This document shows, in pieces, positions 54,880-64,000 of a stretch of DNA of 64,000 nt. A model generated the notes under the pieces. That model was given only the letters and a program-made list of their open reading frames with translations, searched no databases and was not told the DNA's origin. Source of the stretch: Octopus vulgaris (taxonomy: Eukaryota); assembly GCA_951406725.2 (NCBI GenBank), contig OX597829.1:14818001-14882000 (forward strand), given 5' to 3'. How positions within the stretch are numbered: position 1 is the stretch's first letter; each line of letters starts with the position of its first letter. The position numbers and the translations under genes are program-made.

Positions 54880-56181
54880 TGTATATAAATGTATATATAC
54901 ACAGCGCGCTCGCGTTTATATATATGTATGTATGTATGGGTGTGTGTTTGTGTGTCCTACAACTGCATAACGACAAACGTTGGATTGTTGACGTCCTCGT
55001 AACTTAGGGGGGCCAGCAAAAGATCGTTATAGAACGTGTAATAAACTTATTAAAAAATAGGTACTAGTGTTGACTTCTTCAGCTAATCCCTTCAGTTCAG
55101 TGTCCCAGCATGGCTGCTGTCCAATGACTGACACAAGTAAAAGGTAAAAGACAAAACATAGAGACGCTTCTTTTGTCTTTTACTGTCTTCATTCAATTGA
55201 CTGCGGACATTCTGAGACTGCATTAAAGGGTTTAGTCGGCTCCATCGAGTACTTTTACCTATTTTACGAACTCATTTTGCCTACCCTACAAGGTACGGGG
55301 AAGTAAACAAACGAAAACCAGTTGTCAAGCAGTTGTGAGTGATAAACGCGTGCGCGTTGAATTCGTTGGCTAGTTGGTACTAAGTCCAACAGGTACAACA
55401 CTCGACCAGTTAAAAGGTTCAGCATTGTAAAAGGCACAACAAGTTTTGGGTAGTAATGCTACCGAAGGCTTTCTGGGTAACTAAATTTTACAAATCTTTT
55501 GTACTTTTTATAGTAATACTACAACTACTATTAATGATAATCCATTCAACTATTGGAAGGCGGCGAGCTGGCAGAAACGTTAGCACGACTGGCGAAATGC
55601 TTAGCGGTAATTCGTCTGTCGTTACGTTCTGAGTTTAAATTCCTCCAAGGTCGACTTTGCCTTTCATCCTTTCGGGGTCGATAAATAAAGTACCAGTTTT
55701 GCACTGGGGTCGATGTAATCGACTTAATCCGTTTGTCTATGTTTAGACCCTTGTGGGCAATAAAGAAATATATAGACACAAGGCCTGAAATTTTGTGGGA
55801 GGTGGCTCGTCGATCAGATCGGAACCAGTACCTAATTGATATTTAATTTATCGACCCCGAAAGAAAATATGACAAAGCATTTAAACAGGCGTGCTAACAA
55901 TTCTGCCTGCCAGCCGCCTTAACTGACAAGGCTGCTAACTAACTAACTGACTGACTAGCTGACTGGCTGACTGATATTCCTTTCTACTTTAGGCACAAGA
56001 TCCGAAATTTTGTGGGAAGGGAGTTAGTTGATTACATTGACTCCAGTGCTTGACGAGTACTTTTTTCATGAAAGGCAAAGTCAACTAAGAACGTAAAGAC
56101 GGACGACACGTTGCAAAGCATTTTCTCCGGTGTTCTAACGATTGTGTAGTCTCACTAATAATTATAATAATAACATTAATG

Positions 56182-56237
<56 letters not shown>

Positions 56238-56274
56238 TTATTATTTATTATAAATTATTATTATTATTATTATT

Positions 56275-56811
56275 GAGTGAGAGAGAAGCGCATGTCATCA
56301 AAGTGACACTGAGGCACAAAGATACGTAGATCGGTATACCCATCATAACTATCCGTCTGATAAAGTTACACCAGGCACATGCATCACACGATATGTGCGC
56401 GACAGGGTGATCTCATATCAAGATAAACAGCACATGACCTTATAGGTGGGGCCCAGTTAGAATTTTCTTCAAGTCGAGTAGCACATTCCGCTCAAAAGGT
56501 CCCTGAATGAGGGTTGTTTAAGGATGTTGAACAAAACACCCATGTTTCTATGTTTCAAACTCCAAAGAATTCCTCTCAACACATGGCTATGATGCTCCCC
56601 CACTACTTCTGCTTGTGATCAGAGATGCACATATCGTCAGCCACTAACGGACATGCTCAACTGGTTAAGGTCAAACAACTGATGAGCAAATTTGTTGTAT
56701 TGAGCAGAATATTTGCTAAAGTCCATCTTTTATACCAAGACAAAACAATGTACATGATAACACTTCCAATCAGTTAAGATCAGGAGCCATGAAAGCCAGT
56801 GCCCAGTACCA

Positions 56812-56813
<2 letters not shown>
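56275..56813. mobile_element. Unclassified ~550-bp repeat flanked by (TTA)n
   Basis: Third copy of the family at 1373 and 48178. Confidence 0.85.
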
Positions 56814-56884
<71 letters not shown>

Positions 56885-57090
56885 TTGATTCAAATTTTTC
56901 CAATTTTCCTTTCTTCCCTTGAGATATCTATGACACGTCTCACCTCCTTCGCGCAACTTAGAGATGCGACTCTTTCCTCGCCACGTGTCGTTCCGAGTAT
57001 TGCTGCCGGCTGCGTTCTTCCTATGAAGTTTGGTATTTGTAGCTTTTCATGCCAAAATATTGCTTTCTTTGAGATGGTCCCTAGTGTGCC

Positions 57091-57148
<58 letters not shown>

Positions 57149-57152
57149 CAAC

Positions 57153-57208
<56 letters not shown>

Positions 57209-57285
57209 TAACAATAACAATAATAATAATAATAATAATAATAATAATTATTATTATTATTATTATTATTATAAAATCCGCAAAA

Positions 57286-57986
57286 GAAATAAGCTACCCA
57301 GGGTTTCCTGGTCGAACTATTAATTTATTTTGCCATTTATCAAGCTGGTAAAAACAACAAAGTTGTTTAATAACTGCGTTCGATGTAATCGAGATTTGAA
57401 TTAGGACGTGTATTTATAAAATCAAGACTGGGTAATTGAGTACACAGGAAATACAAGAAATATAGAACGAGAATCAAAAGTTACATAAACCAATGCTTGA
57501 ATTGGTTATAATTTTCCTGATGGTTATCTTCAATTTTCACTAAGATGAATCTTGTAAAATGCGGAAATGAATAAAATAAAAAAAAATTCGCTCAAGGTAT
57601 TTATACAAACACTGGAGGTTCTTAAGTCTTTTAATCCACACGGTTTTTATGTAGCCAAAAGGAACAGCTTTTTTGATATGTTAATATAGAGCTTGGTCTT
57701 AGAAATGATTTTTCCATTTGATTAATTCTGAGAGGATTGTTGTATGACTTTTCTCGGATTATCTAAAAGTAAAACTTTCTTGCTGTATCAGGATTTAGAA
57801 TTTCCAGCTGCGAACAACATATATCGTTTGATCCCGGTTCGGCCGGCTTCATAATTAGCCTATACCCGTGATCATTTAAAACTTGATAACATCGAAAACA
57901 GTTTTAAGCCGTCTTATCTTTACTAGCTTGATAAATGATGAAATGAATTAACATATCGGCCAAGAAACCATGGCTAGCTGTATTTC
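57286..57986. mobile_element. ~700-bp element with long diverged terminal inverted repeats
   Basis: About 57286-57410 is the approximate reverse complement of 57865-57986 (shared catttatcaagct.gtaaa and ttcgatgt.atc.ag). Confidence 0.6.
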
Positions 57987-59232
57987 CCCAGTCTTCTTGG
58001 GGCTTATTACACGCATGGTGAGCTGGCAGACACGTTAGCGCCCCGGGAGAAATGCTTAACCTTATTTCGCCTGCCGCTACGTTCTGAGTTCAAGTTCCGC
58101 CGGGGTCGACTTTGACTTTCATCCTTTCGGGGTCGATTAAATAAGTACCAGTTATCCACTGGGGTCGATGTAATCGACTTAATCCGTGTATTCGTCCTTG
58201 TTTGTCCCCTCTGTGTTTAGCCCATTGTGGGTAGTAAAGAAATAGGTTTATTACATGCATGCGCGCGCGCGCGCACACACACACACACACACATGACCGA
58301 CTTTAAAGTTTTCGTTTAGCAGATCAACCTACAAGGATTTTGGTTGCCTTGAGGCTGTAAAAGATATTTGCCCTCAGTACTATGCAGTGGGACTGAATCC
58401 AAAACTATATGGTTGGAAAGCAAAATTCTTAACATCTATAATAAATTTAGGTTACGAAATAGAAAGCGTTATGTATACCTCATACGTAACAAACGTAGAT
58501 TAAACATTAGAGACTCTGGTTTGTCTTCCAGGTAAAACCCGTTAATGATGTATAGTGTTAAAGAACACAATAAATTTAAACCGGTTACCTGAATTACATA
58601 TAGAGTGTATATGAACTATTTGCTGATTTGCAAGTGCGTTGCACAGGTAGGATAGTTCAGAGACTACTTGTATCTAGCTCAGACTAAGGATTCTGATTTT
58701 GCTTCAGAGGTGAGGTGAGTGCGATGCATTGAAAAGCTGCACTAAGGTGAAACGGTACATCGTCGGTCACATCATCACTTCTGGGAGATTTCGTTTCGCC
58801 TAACTGAAATATATCGTTTTCTTTCTTTTTATCACTACTTCTGGTGTTTAAACAACACAAGCATGTTAAGAACATGATGTTAGTTTATATTATTGAGCTG
58901 CTTCTATTCAATAATTTGAATAAACAGATTCAAACTCACATGTATGCGAAGCAGACTGGAGCCCGCCCACCAAAAACCACTCACAAGAGATTGGTTGTCC
59001 CGGGACTTATGAAGTCAGTTGTCCAAGGTACTACACAGGACAACTGAAACAAAAGGCATGTGTTTGAGGAGTAAATTTCTTAGCACACAGCCACGTAACA
59101 TCTTATGCCACGATTTCGTCTCTTCCACTATATTTCTCTCGTTCTCTATGCATGTATGTATGTATGTATGTATGTATGTATGTATGTATGTATGTATGTA
59201 TGTATGTATGTATGTATGTATCTATCTATCTA

Positions 59233-59295
<63 letters not shown>

Positions 59296-59362
59296 GTATA
59301 AATTGAGGATATAATCATTAAAAAGATTAGATCAGTGGCTAGCGTATAAAGACCACCGAAGT

Positions 59363-59413
59363 TTTGTCAGTGAACAGGTCGCGGTCTCAGAGAGACGAAA
59401 ATATTTTGACAAA
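59363..59413 (+). ncRNA. G3-C8 hammerhead copy on the sense strand of intron C-D
   Basis: UUUGUCA-GUGAACA-g-GUC...GAC-GAAA-AUAU-UU-UGACAAA; stem II partly eroded. Confidence 0.65.
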
Positions 59414-59608
59414 TTAAATTTAAATGTTGAATTGAATCTAACGGTTTTGTGTGCTTTTTAAAGGGCTTCCACTCTGCAATCATTTTTAAGTATATACGCC
59501 AATACGCTAGAAGTAGATCTCAAATGTCTATAAACCACTCTACATTTGTTCTCTTTTTAACATAAGGGTGAATGCAAGGGAATGGACAAGAAGATTTATA
59601 ATAGTATT

Positions 59609-59712
<104 letters not shown>

Positions 59713-59743
59713 CTCTAATGCCTTTTCTTTTATATATTTCTAG

Positions 59744-59911
59744 ATATGGATAAGATGGCCTACTCAAAATCTCCGGATGACGATGTGTTTGTGTATTTGG
59801 CACTAAATTATTCTAGAAGTCATCACGACATGCACCATTCTATAAATTGTTCAGCTAATGAATATTTTAAAGATGGGATTACAAATGGTGCAGCATGGTA
59901 CCCTCTCAAAG
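59744..59911 (+). CDS. CPM: M14B carboxypeptidase, internal exon D
   Basis: tttctAG acceptor, GTAAGT donor at 59912; 168 nt; (N)MDKMAYSKSPDDDVFVYLALNYSRSHHDMHHSINCSANEYFKDGITNGAAWYPLK(G). SPDD and GITNGAxWY motifs; phase 1 join to exon C is in frame. The four exons total 621 nt with no stop. Confidence 0.95.
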
Positions 59912-60209
59912 GTAAGTTTGTGTTACAAGATTTCTTCTTTTATCTTCTTTCTTTTTTTACTTGTTTCAATCATTATATTGTGGCCAGGCTGGGGCACCGC
60001 CTTGAATTTTTAGTCGAATGAATCGACCCTAGTAATTATTTATTTTTTAGGCTTGGTACTTATTCTACCGGTTAATTTTGTCTAACCGCTAAGTTACGTG
60101 GATGCAAACACACCAACATCGTTTGTTAAGCGGTGGTAGTGGGACATACACAAACACAAAGACAGACAGACAGACGGGGGTCACACACACACACACACAC
60201 ACACGTATA

Positions 60210-61434
60210 TTGTGTTGGCAAGAAAGTTATTGCGTAATATTTTTTCATACAAATAAAGAACTTTAATCAATTATAAATTTTCCATTTTCTTTGATTTCCT
60301 TTTGCCATCTTTCTGACATGATTCCGCGCTCATAGAACTTCTGGTCCTCATCAGCCAAAAACTGAAGCAAGTGCAATTTCAGGTCATTGCCATTCTAAGA
60401 ATTTTGCAAACTTCGAAGTAAATGGTAATCTGATATCGTAAGGTCAGGGCTACATGGTGGATGTGACATCACCACCCAACCAAGCACCAATAATTTTTTA
60501 CGAGTTAACAAAGGCGTGTGTGATCTAGCGTTGACATGGTGGAACACAATTCCTTTACGATTTGCCAATTCTAGCCCTTTTTCTTTTATTGATTCCTCCA
60601 GTTTCATCAGTTGTTGATAGTAAACATCTGAATTGATCGTTTGGATCCTTGGAAGCGGCTCACAATACGCAACACTTTTGTAATCCCACCAAATTCACAG
60701 CATGACCTTTTATGATGCAATTCAACTTCCGATATGGTTTGTGTTTGTTCATTATGCTTGCACCATGATCGTTTTCGATTGATGTTATTGTAGACAATCC
60801 ATTTTTTATCACCAGTTTCAAGAAAAGATAAATTTCTTTCCGTTTGAGATCCATATCGCAAATATTGATTCATTGTATTAAGTGAATCTGTTTCAATTTA
60901 TGTGGAGGCCAAATATCGAGCAACAATTTATGCGGAGCCCAAATAACAAGCCCAAGATATTTTGAGCGATTTTCATACAGTTAACTTCTCTGCAATCTCT
61001 CGCACCGTTATAAGACAATCAAATTCAATTATGGCTTTGCTTCGGTCATATTCAACTTCAGTGGGTCGACCAGAATGTTGGTTATCTTTGAGAGAAAAAA
61101 TTCCAGAACGGAATTTTAAAACTATTTCGGACATGTTTGTTCTGTTAAGCAATCAACACCATAAACTTCACATATCGCTTTGTGAGCCTCAGCACGTTTC
61201 ATGACTTTAAGAAAATAAAACAGCAAATTATTGCGAAAATGTTCATTTTTGCACTCCATGTTAAAATTAGTTTTAACTAACAGCTGTAAACAAAATTACG
61301 CACAATTTACTTCTAAAATAAGCTAAAAGTAACGGTTATCAAACGTCTAAAGGAAAATATAACATTGACAAGGGCCATTCAAAAGAATCGTAACTCTATT
61401 TGCGAGAAACGAAATTACTTTCTTGCCAACCCAA
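60210..61434 (-). mobile_element. Near full-length mariner transposon (DD34D type), transposase pseudogenised
   Basis: TA-flanked TIRs TTG(T/G)GTTGGCAAGAAAGT.ATT.CG; 1225 bp; motifs TGDKKWIVYNN, IVFHHVNARSH, HPPCSPDLTISDYHLLRSLQN across frameshifts. Confidence 0.92.
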
Positions 61435-62379
61435 TATACATATATGAAAGATGGCCGCTATAATGCAGTTGAAACATTGTAGTGCAGAAGTAGGAAACTG
61501 AGATGCGAAATGAGAAAATCTAACAATGTAGAAAATTTGTAAATGGCAGAATTTATGAAAAGACACATTTCTTTGACTGTATTCTACTGAAGATAGTTCT
61601 TTGCACCAAAATATAAAGGTTTATCCACCTCGATAAAGCTTTCCTTATTTCTCATTTCATCCAACTTATACACACACACACACATACAAAACACACACAC
61701 ATATACACATACACACATATATATATTTAAGAATTCTGCACGTGCCTGTATGTACGTGCATGTGAAGAAAGTGGGAGAGATAGATACAAAGAATGGCGGG
61801 CGGGGGGAAATGTTATTCAATTAAAATGCTTGCTCTATATTGTATTTGTGAGCAGCGGTATAACTTGTTTATCAAACTTAATTAACGCCAGAAGCCAGAC
61901 TAGTTTCTACTAAGTCTATTTATTAACTCTAAATGGCATTCAATTTCCAATTTACTTTAAACGCTGAGCGCCGAGCTCCTAATATATTTTCTACTTATAT
62001 GTGTGATGCATTTCCTATAAATATAGGTCTCTATTGCTTTATTGCCAAATCATAATTTGTATTATACCATTATCTATAGGTAGTGATACAAAGATATATA
62101 TATATATATATATATATAGAAAGACAGATAGATGTAGTTGTGTAGGGGTGTGTGTACATATGTCCGTGTATATACACTTGTCCGAGTGCATATATGCATG
62201 TACGCAAACACGTACGTGTGGGTGGTTCAGGAACGGTGTTAGTTTGTTTATGTTCCCTAAGATTTCGACAAAAAAGCTCATGAATTAAGTACACAGATAG
62301 ACAAACTGATAGATTGGTAGATAGCTAGATAGATAGATGGATGGATGGATGGATGGATGGATAGATAGACAGACAGAAT

Positions 62380-62462
<83 letters not shown>

Positions 62463-62463
<1 letters not shown>

Positions 62464-63388
62464 TGTTTCTTTATTAGCCACACAGGGCTGCACACAGATA
62501 GAACAAATTACAAGGTAGAGCTTTTCTTTTGAAGGTTAAAGGAAAAAAAAATGAGGGGGGGAGTTTCGATCAAAAGGGATCGTAAAAGGAGAGAAAGAGG
62601 ACAAAAAAAGGGGGAGAGGAAAAAAATGATCAGTAGGGATCGTTATCACAGAAATGTCAATATGAAGTGTAAAGGGGAGGACAGGTGAGGTTTACCCGTG
62701 GAAAGAAAAGCCTACGGAAAAGACCACGGTAACCTCGGTCAATGAAGTCACATGTTATACTTCTTTTTTTTTTTTTTTCTTTTGCAAATAAGCAACTCTC
62801 TGTATTAATTTTTATGGTTCATAGAATCATAGTCAAGGTGGCTTCGTCATTCATACGTGCCATCCTTGCTACATTCACCCATCGTTTTTTAAAACATTCA
62901 CTAGACAAAACTTGCCTCTCTACTCTCACTTTCCTCCTCAAGTGATACTTGAAGAAGTTGATGAGAGATTGACCAGAGAGGAAAGTGTTTGTCTCTAATC
63001 CTTTCAGGCGCGTCCACCAGATACATTCTTTCGCCATAGCCACAAGTATGATAAAAATAGCTCTTCCTTCCCGTTTGAAGGAAGGAGGCGTGACGATATT
63101 AACGATAAACTCGGCTGATAAACCGACACGTCCCACACGTGACAGCAGTCGTTCGACATAAGCCCACAGGTGGGAAATTGCTGGACACTGCACGATTGCG
63201 TGTAGAGCGGTTTCGTCGCTCTGCCCGCATCTCGGGCAGGTCGGCCCCGTGTTTCTCGAGCCATGCCTATAGAGCTTATCCCGAACGGGTAGCGCTTCTC
63301 GGTAGCACTGCCAGGCCAGGGATCTCTGGAAGTTGTCCATAGGTCCCGGGCCGAAAGTCGTTTGAAACAGGCGGGTCAGGTATTCCTC
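62463..63388 (-). mobile_element. 5'-truncated Tx1/L1-clade LINE 3' end (ORF2 zinc-finger region + 3' UTR) in (GATA)n
   Basis: Open frame 63388 to 62819 with AWQCYREALPVRDKL..CPRCGQSDETALHAIVQCP (zf-RVT-like CxxC..ET..H....C); 3' end AATAAAGAAAC; (GATA)n on both sides. Confidence 0.85.
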
Positions 63389-63427
<39 letters not shown>

Positions 63428-64000
63428 GTGTGTTTGTGACTTTGCGTCTGTTTTTGTCCTCTACCACTGATTCACCGTCAGTGTTGGCGTGTTAATGCGG
63501 TTCTACAAAAGAGACCGATTCAATAAGTACTACGCTTAAAAAACAAGTGCTTAGGTCCATTAATTTGACTATAAAATCCTTGAAGTGGTTACCTTGCATG
63601 TCCACGGTCTAGTATAAGATAAATGATATGATAGACTTTGACTTTAGGCCGATATTGCGCCGCTGTACTCATAAGACCAGAGATTTTATCTATGGATACC
63701 TTTGATTACAATTTTATTCTGGTGAGGCACTATAGTCAATTGATGTTTAAAAACTAGTTTTATAGAATCTTCTTTCAAAATACCAATTTTTTTCACACAT
63801 TAACTTGTGTAGGTTGGACTACGTAAAATATCAGAGAAAGAAACTCAGCTGTTTTTTGCAATATATACCAATACATACATCTAAAGCAAAATTGTTTCAG
63901 CGGCTCTTAAAACACCATTGTGGATCCCTAATTTACTCTTTTTTTTATGGACACCCAAACATGCTGTACGGACCTTCAGGGATCATACGCATCCATGTTG

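Overview
AT-rich, microsatellite-saturated eukaryotic genomic DNA. The repeat landscape (tRNA-derived SINE families, (TA)n/(CA)n/(TATG)n/(TTA)n tracts) resembles octopus/cephalopod DNA (inference). Almost all ORFs in the supplied track are microsatellite artefacts. The only host gene I can support is four internal coding exons (+ strand: 39491-39588, 51322-51494, 54404-54585, 59744-59911) of an M14B zinc metallocarboxypeptidase (CPM/CPD-like). They splice in frame with GT-AG sites; the 5' and 3' exons were not found here. The rest is mobile-element debris: Penelope-like (PLE) remnants, a near full-length mariner, a Chapaev3-like transposase remnant, Helitron- and piggyBac-type non-autonomous elements, CR1/RTE/R4/Tx1 LINE fragments and many SINEs. 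Three signals stand out. (1) About a dozen minimal type-I hammerhead ribozyme motifs from several unrelated families, with the core 3-8 pair seen as C-G, G-C and U-A; the G3-C8 family forms near-perfect palindromes inside (TA)n. (2) A SINE 3' tail that matches the 3' end of a Tx1/L1-clade LINE inserted in (GATA)n. (3) Many long inverted repeats, several inside introns. All folds and alignments were done by eye, and no ribozyme activity is demonstrated.
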